From the NCBI GenBank assembly GCA_963745295.1, contig CAVUWG010000003.1, positions 541,047 through 605,046 of the forward strand: 64,000 nt of DNA, given 5' to 3'. How positions within the stretch are numbered: the stretch's first letter is position 1; the number at the start of each line of letters is the position of its first letter. A program made the translations under genes and the position numbers. The notes beneath the pieces are model-generated. The model worked only from the letters and a program-made list of their open reading frames with translations. It made no database searches and was not told the origin of the DNA. Of this stretch, positions 30,544-41,064 are shown one piece after another. Origin of the DNA: an uncultured Chloroflexia bacterium (GTDB taxonomy: Bacteria > Chloroflexota > Limnocylindria > Limnocylindrales > CSP1-4).

Positions 30544-31002
30544 TCAGTGACCGACTTCGAACTCGGCGCCGAACAGCTCGGCGACGCCGACGCTGACGAC
30601 GAGCGAGCCGGGGTCGGGACCGTCGGTGAGGACCGCGTAGTCCCCTGCCGGGTGGACCACGATGTCGCCCACGGTGATGGCCTGCCGGACGAAGACCAGG
30701 GGCCCGCCGTCTTCGACATATGCCCAAGCATCCCCTTGAGGATCGTAGAAGACCGACGAGTACGGGACCTGGGATCTCCCACTGGCACCGCTTGCGGAGG
30801 CGACCTCGACCGTCTCGATCCCGAGCCGCTCGGCTGCCCGCGGGGTCAGGGTGATCCTGTGGAGACCCTCCGTCCCCTCGATCGCCTCGACGGTGGCGGG
30901 CTTCTCTCCTTCGGTCGCGGTGTCGGCTGCCGGCGATCCGCAGCCGACGAGGACGAGGGCGAATGCGACCAGGGTGGTGGCGACGAGCGGACGGCGCATC
31001 AC
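30544..31002 (-). CDS. Lipoprotein resembling a minimal membrane-fusion (periplasmic adaptor) protein: beta-barrel and membrane-proximal domains only
   Basis: Lipobox LVGC. C-terminal VPYSSVFYDPQGDAWAYVEDGGPLVFVRQAITVGD...SVGVAELFGAEFE resembles the MFP C-terminal domains. ATGA overlap with the RND gene. Confidence 0.5.
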   Translation of the reverse strand: MMRRPLVATTLVAFALVLVGCGSPAADTATEGEKPATVEAIEGTEGLHRITLTPRAAERLGIETVEVASASGASGRSQVPYSSVFYDPQGDAWAYVEDGGPLVFVRQAITVGDIVVHPAGDYAVLTDGPDPGSLVVSVGVAELFGAEFEVGH

Positions 31003-34000
31003 TGGGCTCCTGCTGGCTGCGGCTCGGCCGCCTGGGGGACGGAGAGATCGACGCCCTCGGACTCCGGGCTCGCCCGCATGCCGAGGTAGATGGCCGGGAT
31101 GATGAAAAGGTTGAGCAAGGTCGAGGTGATCAGCCCGCCGATGACGACGATGGCCATCGGACGCAGCAACTCCAGCCCGGGACGCTCGCCCAGCAGCAGG
31201 ATCGGCAGGAATGCCAGCCCGGTGGCCAGCGCCGTCATGAGGATCGGGCCAAGGCGCTCGCGGGCGCCACGGAGCACCAGGGTCGGTCCGAACGCGACGC
31301 CGTTGCGCTCGAGCAGATGCAATCGGCTCACGAGGGCCAGTTCGTTACGCGCCGCGATCGCGAGGATCGCCAGGAACCCGATCATCGACCCCAGCGAGAG
31401 CTCGCCGCCGAACAGGAGGGTGGCAAGGACGCCCCCGACGAGCGCGACCGGCAGCACGCCCATCGAGACCGCCGCGAGTCGCCAACTGGCGAAGGCCGCC
31501 TGGAGGAGCAGGAAGATCCCGATCGCGACCGCGAGCAGGACGCCAAGCATCCGGTAGGTGTTCGCCTCGGCGTCGCCGTAGGCCGTCGACAGCTCTGGGT
31601 GGTACTCCATCGGGAAGGCGACGCCCTGGAGGGCAGCGCGCACGTCAGCCTGGACGGCCCCGACCTCACGCCCCTCGACGCCCGCGACGACGTCGACATA
31701 CCGCGAGATCCCGACCCGGTCGATGGACACGGGCGAGGGCACGATGCGGACATCGGCGACGGAGCTCAGGGGGACCTGGTCGCCACTGGGCCGGTCGATC
31801 ATCAATCCCTCGATGCTCGTCAGGCTGTGGCGCAGGTCCGGCACGCCGACGACCATGACCTCGAACACCTTCTGCTCTTCAAACAGGTTGCCGACCTCGA
31901 GGCCGGAGATTAGCGTCGCGGCAGCCCGGCGCACGTCACCGGGCTTCACGCCGTAGCGGAACGCGGCATCCAGGTCGACCTCGACCTCGATGGTCGGCTC
32001 TTCGGCCGTCGTCAGCACGCGCGGCGAGACGACGCCAGGCACCGCGGCGACGGCGGTCCGCACGGCCTCGGCCTGATTCCGGAGTTCCGCCCGGTCCGGG
32101 CCGAATATGCGCACGGCGACCGGGTCGATCGGACCGTTCTCGACGTCGCCGGCTCGAGCGCTGAGGTAGGTGTCGACCGCCAGCTGGAGGCCCGGGTATC
32201 CCGCGACGACTTCGCGAACGGAGGAAAGCGTGGCGTCGTAGTCAGCCGCCGGGTCGATGCTCACCCAGAGCTGGCCCGAGTTGATGCTGACGATCTGGTC
32301 GGACATGATCGCCCGCCCGACGTGTGCGCCGACCCGCCGGATGCCGGGGATCGCTCGCAGCTCGGCCGTCGCCTGCGCGGCGACCCGGTTCATCGCGGGC
32401 TGTGACGTGCCGGGCGCGCCGACGACGTTGACCAGGAGGTCGCGCTCCTGGAACTTCGGCGCGAGTGACGAGGCGAGCTGCGGGATCGCGACGACCCCGA
32501 TGATGACGAGGACGCCGGCGACGACGAACGCCGGTGTCGGTCGCTTGAGCGTCTTCGCGAGGGCGTCCTGGTAGCCTCGTTGGAGCGAACTGACAACCCG
32601 GGGCTCCTGGTCCTGCAGCTCGATGCCGCCCAGCAACAGCACGGCCAGCGCCGGGGTGAGCGTCAGTCCGACCACCATCGACGCAAGGACCGCGAGCGCA
32701 AAGGCCGTGGCAAACGGCTGGACGAACGCGCCAGTCACGCCTTCGATGGCCAGGACCGGCAGCAGCACGAGCAGGACGATCGCCGTCGCGTAGAGCATCG
32801 GGCCCCGGACCTCAGCCACGGAGGCCACGAGGATGTCCGCCGATGACGGACTGGAGTCGTCGGTCCGCGGCTCGCGAAGGCGGCGGATGGCGTTGTCGAC
32901 GTCGATGATCGCGTCGTCGAGGACGACCGCGAGTGCCACGACCAACCCCGCCACGACCATCACGTTCATGGCCACGCCGAACGCGTGCAGGACGAGCGAG
33001 GCTGTCATGAGCGAGGCTGTGACCGCGACGACGGCGATCACGACGGTCCGCCACTGCAGGAGGAACGCTGCCAGGACCACGACCACCAGGAGGAGTGCGA
33101 GCAGCAGTGTCAGGGCGAGGTTGGCGATCGCTGCCTCGACGAACGTGGCCGGGCGGTAGATCGACGAATCGATCGTCACGCCCTCGAGACCGAGTTGCAT
33201 CGCCGCGAGCGCATCCTCGACTCCGCGCGTCACGGCGAGCGTGTTCTCACCGGGCAGCTTCTCGATGACCAGGAGGAGCGCTTGGCCGTCGGCCGTCAGG
33301 GCGTCGCCGATCATCGGCTGGTGATCCTCGACCACCGACGCCACGTCGCCGATCCGAAGGTTCGGTCGCCCTTCGATAGGCACGCGTGCGAGGTCCTCGG
33401 GTGTCCGGATCGGCAGGACGTGCCGGATGCCGAGGCGCTGATTGGGCGTGTCGATGAAGCCCCCGGCTCCCGGTGTCGACGCCTTCAGGTAGCTCAGCGG
33501 GGACACCCACAGGGCGTCGCCGGTCGTTCGGACGATCTCATCGAGCGTGACGCCGCGACCATGCAGTCGGGCGGGGTCGACCAGGACCTGGAGCTGGCGC
33601 TCGCGCTGGCCCCAGATGGCGACGTTGGCGACGCCTGGCACGCCCATGAGTCGGGGCCGAACGGTCCATCGGGCATGGACGGAGAGCTCCGTCAGCGACA
33701 TCGATCCCGAGGCCAGGCTGACGATCATCGCCCGGCTCGCGGACGAGAGCGGTTGGATCATCTGGGGTGGCTTGGAGACTCTGGGCAGGATGTGAGCCTG
33801 GGTCAGCCGCTCCTGGACCATCTGGCGACCGCGCATGATGTCGGTGCCGGGCTCGAAGACGAGCACGATCGAGGAAAGGCCCGGGACCGACTCGGAGCGG
33901 ATGGTCTCGACCCAGGCGACGCCGCTGAGCAGCAGCGCTTCCATCGGGACCGTCACGAACTGCTCGACCTCGGCCGCCGAGAGGCCGAGGGCCTCGGTCT

Positions 34001-34145
34001 GCACCTCGACGTACGGAGGTGAGTACTCCGGCAGCACGTCGAACGGGGCGCTGCGCAATTGCGCGACGCCGATGACCATCACCGCGATAGCGAATCCGAC
34101 AACCAGCAGCCGGAACCGCAGACCCCATCGGACGATGGCTTCCAT
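30999..34145 (-). CDS. RND family efflux transporter permease (HAE/HME-like), intact
   Basis: 1048 aa. Twelve TM helices and two large periplasmic loops typical of AcrB/CzcA-like pumps. Confidence 0.85.
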   Translation of the reverse strand: MEAIVRWGLRFRLLVVGFAIAVMVIGVAQLRSAPFDVLPEYSPPYVEVQTEALGLSAAEVEQFVTVPMEALLLSGVAWVETIRSESVPGLSSIVLVFEPGTDIMRGRQMVQERLTQAHILPRVSKPPQMIQPLSSASRAMIVSLASGSMSLTELSVHARWTVRPRLMGVPGVANVAIWGQRERQLQVLVDPARLHGRGVTLDEIVRTTGDALWVSPLSYLKASTPGAGGFIDTPNQRLGIRHVLPIRTPEDLARVPIEGRPNLRIGDVASVVEDHQPMIGDALTADGQALLLVIEKLPGENTLAVTRGVEDALAAMQLGLEGVTIDSSIYRPATFVEAAIANLALTLLLALLLVVVVLAAFLLQWRTVVIAVVAVTASLMTASLVLHAFGVAMNVMVVAGLVVALAVVLDDAIIDVDNAIRRLREPRTDDSSPSSADILVASVAEVRGPMLYATAIVLLVLLPVLAIEGVTGAFVQPFATAFALAVLASMVVGLTLTPALAVLLLGGIELQDQEPRVVSSLQRGYQDALAKTLKRPTPAFVVAGVLVIIGVVAIPQLASSLAPKFQERDLLVNVVGAPGTSQPAMNRVAAQATAELRAIPGIRRVGAHVGRAIMSDQIVSINSGQLWVSIDPAADYDATLSSVREVVAGYPGLQLAVDTYLSARAGDVENGPIDPVAVRIFGPDRAELRNQAEAVRTAVAAVPGVVSPRVLTTAEEPTIEVEVDLDAAFRYGVKPGDVRRAAATLISGLEVGNLFEEQKVFEVMVVGVPDLRHSLTSIEGLMIDRPSGDQVPLSSVADVRIVPSPVSIDRVGISRYVDVVAGVEGREVGAVQADVRAALQGVAFPMEYHPELSTAYGDAEANTYRMLGVLLAVAIGIFLLLQAAFASWRLAAVSMGVLPVALVGGVLATLLFGGELSLGSMIGFLAILAIAARNELALVSRLHLLERNGVAFGPTLVLRGARERLGPILMTALATGLAFLPILLLGERPGLELLRPMAIVVIGGLITSTLLNLFIIPAIYLGMRASPESEGVDLSVPQAAEPQPAGAQ

Positions 34146-34491
34146 CGTTCAGCACCTCCGCCTTCCCGCAGATGCCTGACCGCCGCCTCTCCGCGTTGCG
34201 GAGGGGCGCTGCTCCTATTCGATTGCTCCCTTTGGTCTTGAAGTCTCCGGTGTCGCCGGGTGACGCACCGTGGCTCCGAACCCGCTGGATCCCCTCGACC
34301 CGGCTGGTGTTCGGATGGCGGACGATAGCGCACTCGCGTTTCGATGGCTATCACTAAGTTGACAATTCCGCACCGATTTGGCCGGGACTGTCCGTCAGCG
34401 CTCCTCTCCCTCACGCTCCGCACCGCCGCGGCCGTGACTCTCCGGGGCGTGGGCGCACCACAAATGGGCGCCAGGGGCATCGAGGGAGGAC

Positions 34492-34868
34492 TGGTGGAGA
34501 TGGGGGAGAGTCGAACTCCCCGTCCAGGACCCTTCGCCGGAGACCAACTACGAGCGTGTCCGATGATTTGTCGTCGACCGCCCGGACGGGCATCGGCACT
34601 CTGCCGGACGGTCCAGTCACGTGCCCCTAGATCGGGCTTGACTCCGGACTACGCAACGCTGATCCGGATCGCAGCCCCGCTGGATGACGCTTCCACTACC
34701 CGCGGGACGGAGGTAGCTTCCACGCTCACCTTACTGCCTAAGCAGCGAGGGCGAGAGTCGACTGGCGGTTGCCAGGTACTTCGTTTTGCTGCCTGATTAA
34801 CGAGGCCTGAGCAGCATCCTCGGCTCGCGCTCTCCGGTAGCCAGGCCCTGTCGAAACCACACATCCCC
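34492..34868 (-). ncRNA. ssrA: tmRNA (SsrA)
   Basis: 5' GGGGAUGUGUGGUUUCGACAGGG, 3' tRNA-like GGGGAGUUCGACUCUCCCCCAUCUCCACCA, and a 7-bp acceptor pairing. An internal reading frame ends ...GNRQSTLALAA followed by a UAG stop. Confidence 0.85.
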
Positions 34869-35017
34869 ACAGGACCCGAACGCCGGTTCGGATTGACGAT
34901 CGTACCACGAGGCGTTCACGGGCTCCCCTCGCGCCCGGGAACGACTCTTGGTGACCAAGCCATACGACGGACAGGGCCATTCGGATGGGTCGCGGGACCG
35001 ACCTATACTTCCCCGCG

Positions 35018-35488
35018 ATGGCGCGCGACCGTACCGACGAGGCTGCCTGGGAGCTGGTTCGCGAGCGCCTGCACGCGCAGGGCCTGCGCTGGACGCCGCA
35101 GCGGCGGACGCTCGTGGATGTCCTGAGTCGGACGGACGGCCACGTCACCGGATCCGAGCTCGTCGAGCGCTGCCGGGCGCTGGATCCGACCACGACGCCC
35201 TCGACCGTCTATCGAACGCTCGACGTCCTCGAGGACCTGGGCTACGTCAGCCACCACCACGGCGTGGACGGCCGCGAGGAGTTCCACGTCCTGCCGACCG
35301 AGGAGCACGGCCATCTCCACTGCCGCTCGTGCGGAGCCTCCTGGGAGATCCTGGCGCGCGAGGCCGACGCGATCGCCGGCGCACTCGACGCCGGCCGCGG
35401 ATTCACCGTGGACCCGTCGCACATCACGATCACCGGGCGGTGTGCCGCGTGCGCCGCCGCGGAGCGCGAGGTCGACGCCGCCGTCTGA
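35018..35488 (+). CDS. Fur family transcriptional regulator (Fur/Zur-like)
   Basis: WTPQRRTLVDVL DNA-binding helix and HHH...CxxC metal sites. The start was chosen at MARDRTDEAAW. Confidence 0.8.
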   Translation: MARDRTDEAAWELVRERLHAQGLRWTPQRRTLVDVLSRTDGHVTGSELVERCRALDPTTTPSTVYRTLDVLEDLGYVSHHHGVDGREEFHVLPTEEHGHLHCRSCGASWEILAREADAIAGALDAGRGFTVDPSHITITGRCAACAAAEREVDAAV

Positions 35489-35689
35489 GGCGCCAGCCTC
35501 CGGGACCATCGACCCATGGGGTCGAACGGCGAACGCTGGTATCGTTGGACATGGCCGAACCTCCTCAGGGAGGACGGGGGACCCACGTACCGGGGCGAAT
35601 CGCGGACGACCGCGGCGGCGAACCCACGCCGAGCCCGACAGCTCACCTCGCAGGCCAAGCGGGCTTTTCGAGGTACGTGGTGCAACGCT

Positions 35690-36938
35690 CATCTCTCACA
35701 TCGCCGAATCGGCGCGCGCTCGGGCGCAATCTCGCGCTCGACCTGGTCGCCGCGGTCGGCGTCGGGGTGAGCATGGCCCTGGTCACGACGCTCCTTCCGA
35801 CGATCGCCCGTCGCGGCGGACTCGAACCGCTCGGCCTCGCGGCGCTGGCCGCCGCTCCATTCATCGCCAACCTGCTCGGCGTGTTCGCGGGCCGATTCGG
35901 GCCCACGATCGCCGCGCCAGTTGGCCGTCATCCGCTGCGTCGGCGCGGCGTCGCTGATCGCTCGTCATCCTGCTTCCGACGCCGTTCGTCATGGTCCTCG
36001 CCTCGATCGTGTTCTGGGTCAGCCTGTCGTTCGGCGGCCCGTTCCATCTCCGACTCTGGGGCGCGATGTATCCGGCTCGTCTGCGCGGCCGCATCGTCGG
36101 GATGATCGGCACGGGTCGCGCCGCGGCCGGTGCCCTCGCTGCCTTCGGCGGTGGCCTGCTCGCCGACCAGGTTGGCGGTCCGCCGGCCGTCGCGTTGGGC
36201 GGCCTGGTCGGGGCCGTCTGTGCCGTCGCGTACGTCGGGCCTGCGTGCGCCAGGCCGCAGGCGACCTGCCTCGCTTCTCAGCGCGCGACTCGATCCAGGC
36301 CCTCCGCGAGCGCCCGGTGCTCCGCCGCGTCGCGCTGGCCCAGGGGTTCTACGGCGGCGGCCTCATCGCGGCACTCCCGCTGTACGCGCTCGTCTACGTC
36401 GACCGGCTCGACCTGTCGCTGTCCGACGTCGGCATCATCGGGATCCTGACCGCCGCCGCGACGACCGTGTCGTTCCTCGTCTGGGGCATCGTGGCCGACC
36501 GGTTCGGTGCGATGGTCGCGATGCGGATCGGCAGCGCGATGGGGCTCGCTGTCGTTGCTGGGCTATGTCATCGCCCCGGACGTGGCCCTGCTCTGGGTCG
36601 CGGCCGTCGCGGCCGGCGCGGGGAGTGCCTCGATCGACGTCGGCATCGCCTCGGTCGTGAGCGAGCACACCTCGATGTCGTCCCGCGCCCCGGCGATGGC
36701 CGGCTGGAACGCGATCACCGGCGCGCGCGGCATCGTGGCCGCGTTCCTGATGAGCGCCCTCCTGCAGGCCGGGATCGTGGACGTCACCACGGGTCTGCTG
36801 CTGTGCGCGATCTCGTCGGCGATCGGCGTGGCGCTGTACGTGCGGACCGGCACTGATGCGGCGGCGGCGACGTCGCCGGTCATGCCGGCTCGCGTGGTTC
36901 GCGCCGCCACTGGGTTCCGGGCAGCCGTCAGCCGCTGA
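35690..36938 (+). pseudogene. MFS transporter with four or more frame changes
   Basis: TM-rich stretches of one MFS protein are spread over ORFs 34948..36105, 35921..36856, 35991..36449 and 36507..36938 in alternating frames. The 5' boundary is approximate; a possible ATG lies at 35551. Confidence 0.6.
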
Positions 36939-36960
36939 CCGTCGCCGCTACGATGCGGCG

Positions 36961-37560
36961 ATGCGCCTGACGCCCTGGGAGGAGGAGCGGCTCCTCATCT
37001 TCACCGCCGCGGAGCTGGCTCGGCGTCATCGCGCGGCCGGGCTCCTCCTCAACGCCCCCGAGGCGGTCGCGCTCATCTGCGACGCGATGCTCGAGGCGGC
37101 GCGGGCCGGGCGCGAGCTACGAGGACGTCGAGGCCGCCGGGCGCGCCGCGGTGGAGCCATCGCGAGGTGCTCGACGGCGTCCGCGAGCTGGTCGACGAGG
37201 TCCGGCTCGAGGTGCTGATGGGCGACGGGACGCGACTCGTCGTGCTGTCGACCCGCTCGGGCGACGGCGCCGCCGACGGTGACGGCCCGGGCGCGATCCG
37301 GCCGGCGACGGCCGCCCGCCACGAGCCGGCCGAACGCGAACGGCGCAGCCTCGAGGTCCGCAGCGAATCGACGCGGGTGATCCGGGTCTCCTCGCACTAC
37401 CCGTTCGACCGGGTGAACCGCGCGGCTCGTCTTCGACCGCGAGGCCGCGCGCGGCTTCCGCCTCGACCTGCCGGCCGGCGCGACCGAGCGCTGGGCGCCC
37501 GGCGAGACGCGGACCGTCGGCCTGGTCCGGTTCGGCGGCGAGGCGGACGACGGTGAGCCG
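36961..37560 (+). pseudogene. ureAB: Fused urease gamma-beta subunit (ureAB) with two or more +1 insertions
   Basis: [23 protein letters not shown]... is Ure[28 protein letters not shown] is the UreA C-terminus in the next frame. [10 protein letters not shown]...[19 protein letters not shown] is UreB. Extra G and extra C/G identified at about 37108 and 37150. Confidence 0.65.
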
Positions 37561-39279
37561 GCTCTCGCCCGGACGAACGGCTCGCCCGCTACGGCCCGAC
37601 GACCGGCGACCGCGTCCGCCTGGGCGACACCGACCTCTGGGTCCGGGTCGACGAGGACCGCCAGGCGCCCGGCGACGAGCCGATCTGGGGCTACGCGAAG
37701 ACCATCCGACCCGCGCACGACCCAGGGGCGGCCCGGCCCGTCGGAGCTCGACGTCGTCGTCGCCGGCGCGCTCGTCATCGATCCGGTCGTCGGCGTCGTC
37801 AAGGCGGACATCGGGATCAAGGACGGCCGGATCGTCGGTGTCGGGCGGGCCGGCAATCCGCGCGATCAGCGACGGGATCGACCTGCCGATCGGGCCGCAC
37901 ACGCAGCCGATCATGGGCTACGGCCTGATCGCGACGCCCGGGCGCGGTCGACAGCCACGTCCACGCGATCAGCCCGGAGCTCCTGCCCGCGGCCGCTGTC
38001 CGGCGGCGTGACGACGCTCATCACCGCCGGCTTCGAGGAGCCGCCGTGGGCGATGGAGCGGACGCTCGCCGGCCTCGCGGAGTGGCCGGTCAACGTCGGG
38101 CTGCAGGCCGGCGCCCGGGCGGAGGACGACGGATCGCTCGAGGCCCTGCTCGATGCGGGCGCGTGCGGCTTCAAGATCCACGAGGACTACGGCGCCTACC
38201 CGGAGCTGATCGACCACGTCCTGCGGTTCGCCGACGCGCACGACGTCGCCGTCTCGCTGCACACGGACGGGCTGCACGAGTCGGCCGAGCTCGAGGACAC
38301 GATCGCCGCGATCGCCGGCCGGACGGTCCACGCCTACCACGTCGAGGGGAGCGGCGGCGGCCACGTGCCGGACCTGCTCGGCCTCGTCCGCGAAGCCGAA
38401 CATCATCTGCTCGTCGACGACGCCGACCATCCCGTTCGGCGTCAACGCGGCGGCCGAGCAGGTCCCGATGATCGTGCTCAACCACGGCGCGTCGTTCGGC
38501 GGTGGCCGAGCGACATCGCGCTGGTCCGCGAGCGCGTCCATCGCGGCCACGATGGCCGCCGAGGGGCCGCTCCACGAGCTCGGCGCGATCGGCATCGTCA
38601 ACTCCGACTCGCAGGGCATGGGCCGGATCGATGGAGACGGTCCGGCGGACGATCCAGCTCGCCCACGTCATGCGCGCCTGGCGCGCGATCGCGGCCGGTG
38701 CGGGCCATCCCGGGTCTGCCCGACGGAGCCCGACGACGCCGTTCGATTCGACACGAGCGCGTCCTGCGCTACCTGGCCAAGGTCACGATCGAGCCGGCGA
38801 TCACCCACGGCATCGCCGACCACGTCGGGTCGCTGCGCGCCGGGCCGGCTCGCCGACATCGTGCTGTGGACGCCCGGCGTACTTCGGGGTCAAGCCCGAG
38901 CTGGTGCTCAAGGCCGGCTATGCCGGCCTGGGCGCCGCTCGGCGAGGGCAACGCCACGGTCGAACGGGCCGAGCCGACCCGCTACCGGCCGGACTGGGGC
39001 GGCAGCGGCCGAGCCGCCGCGAGCCTGTCGGCGACGTTCGTGTCGGCGCGCGGCGCGGCGGACCGGCGGGCCTCGGACCCGGCTCGAGTCGTCCGGGCGG
39101 ACGCGTCGTCGCCGGTCGCGGCGACGCGCGGCCTGACCCGCGAGTCGCTCGCCCGCAACCGCGCGACCGCGCCGATCGAGATCGACCCGACCGACGGCCG
39201 GGTCACGCTGGCCGGCCGGCCGCTCGCGGTCGAGCCGGTCGACGACCTGCCGCTGAACCGGCGCTACTTCCTGCGCTGA
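37553..39279 (+). pseudogene. ureC: Urease alpha subunit (ureC) with multiple frame changes
   Basis: Urease alpha segments ([72 protein letters not shown], ...NRRYFLR end) lie in at least four different frames (ORFs 37553.., 38008.., 38468.., 38502..). Confidence 0.65.
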
Positions 39280-39299
39280 CCCTACGCCCAGATGTCGCC

Positions 39300-40310
39300 G
39301 ACCGTGAAGCCGTCGGGGAACGGGTCCGTCGGGTCGACGACGTAGCGCGCGAACCCGGTGATCCAGGCCTGGCCGGTGATCGTCGGGACGATCGCCCGGT
39401 ACGCCCCGACCGTCGTCTCCTCGACCAGCCGGCCGGTGAAGACCGTGCCGAGGATGCCCTCGTGGCGGAACGCGTCGCCGACGCGCGAGCTCGCCCTTCG
39501 CGTGGAGCGTCGCCATCTTGGCGGACGTGCCGGTCCCGCACGGCGACCGGTCGATCGCGCCGGTCCAGGTCGCCGGCCGCTCCCAGTCGAGCGTCCCGGT
39601 CGAGACCGTCACGACGTTCCGGCGGCTGTTCGCCGGATCGTGCGGCGGGCCGGACAGCTGCCCGATCGTGATCCCGGCGAACCCGGGCTGCTCCGGGTGG
39701 ACGACCGGCAGCTGCTCGGCGGCGGCGGCCTTGATCATCTCGGTGATCCGGACGATGTCGGCGCCCTCGTCCGGGGTGAGCCGGAGCCCGAACGGCTCGG
39801 CGTCGGCGATGACGTAGAACATCCCGCCGTAGGCGACGTCGACGATGACCGTGCCGAGCTGCGGCACCTCGATCGGCGCGTCCGAGGTGCGTCGCGAACG
39901 CCGGCACGTTGCGGAACGTGACGCCCGTGACCTTGCCGTCGCGGCAGTCGGCGGTCACCCGGATGAGCCCGGCCGGCGCCTCGAGCGTCAGCTCGGTCAC
40001 CGGCTCGCGTCATCGGCAGCATCCCGGTCTCGAGCAGGACGGTCACGACGCACATCGTGTTCGTGCCGGACATCCCGGGGTACTCGACCTGCTCCATGAT
40101 CACGTAGCCGGCGTCCGCGTCCGGGTGGTTCGACGGCAGGATCAGGTTGCAGTTCGCCGCCGGGTAGCCGCGCGGCTCGCGCAGCATCCGCAGCCGCAGG
40201 TCGTCGCGGTTGGCCTGGAGCCAGGTCATCTTGTCGAACATCGTCGTCGCCCGGCACGTCCTCGACGCCGCCGACGATGACCCGGCCCGGCTCGCCGGCC
40301 GCGTGCGCAT
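39300..40310 (-). pseudogene. Proline racemase / 4-hydroxyproline epimerase family gene with two or more +1 insertions
   Basis: [36 protein letters not shown] (ORF 39735..40310), MTELTLEAPAGLIRVTADCRDGKV (ORF 39203..40000) and VIVDVAYGGMFYVIADAEPFGL...SPCGTGTSAKMA (ORF 38908..39867) lie in successive frames. Confidence 0.6.
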
Positions 40311-40370
40311 CGACGGCCTCGATGACCGGACCGAGCCGAAGCGATCCGGGACGCTCGGTCACGTCCGATC

Positions 40371-40842
40371 CTACCGGCCGCGCTGGGCGTCGGCGAGCTC
40401 GCGCGCCACGTCGCGCCTCGCGTCGCGGTCGGCGATGTCGCGGCGCCGGTCGTGGAGCTGCTTGCCGCGCGCCAGCCCGAGCTCGACCTTGGCCCGGCCC
40501 TTGGCGGTGATGTACAGCCGCAGCGGCACGATCGTCTGGCCCTTGGCCTTGGCCCGGCCGAGCAGCTCGTCGATCTCGCGAGCGGCGGAGGAGCAGCTTG
40601 CGCGTCCGCTTCGGCTCGTGGTTGTAGCGGTTGCCGCCCTCGAACGGCGCGATGTGGGCGCCGACCAGCCACGCCTCGTCGTTCTCGACGCGCGCATAGG
40701 CGTCGGCAGGTTGGCCTTGCCCAGCGCGGATCGACTTGATCTCGGTCCCGGTCAGGACGATGCCGGCCTCGAACGTGTCGTCGATCGTGAACTCGTGGCG
40801 GGCTCTTCGGTTGAGGGCGACGGTGTGCTCGTCGCGCATGGA
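40371..40842 (-). CDS. smpB: SsrA-binding protein SmpB, interrupted by a single-base insertion near 40585
   Basis: N-terminal half ...[21 protein letters not shown] in ORF 39997..40860. C-terminal half [40 protein letters not shown] in ORF 40371..40697, one frame away. Confidence 0.75.
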
Positions 40843-41064
40843 GTGGCTCCTTCGGAACACGACTGCGGGGAGTATGGCCTGAGCGCACGAACGCCGGCCC
40901 TATTCGGGCCGGCGTCCGAGATGCTTACCCACCCACAGGGTGTCCGACTAGACGGCCATCTCCTGCGAGGTGGTGCAGCTACGCGTACTGTCGATCACTG
41001 CACATCACCTCCTTTCGTTCCCGAGAACCGTACCTGATGCGCGGGTGCCGTGCAAGGCCACGGA

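Noticed and set aside
34320-34370. TTGACA hexamer and short inverted repeat GATAGC-N17-GCTATC in the lower-GC spacer between the RND operon and ssrA
   Set aside because: No acceptable -10 element at the right spacing on either strand, and only 6-bp arms. Too weak to call a promoter or operator.
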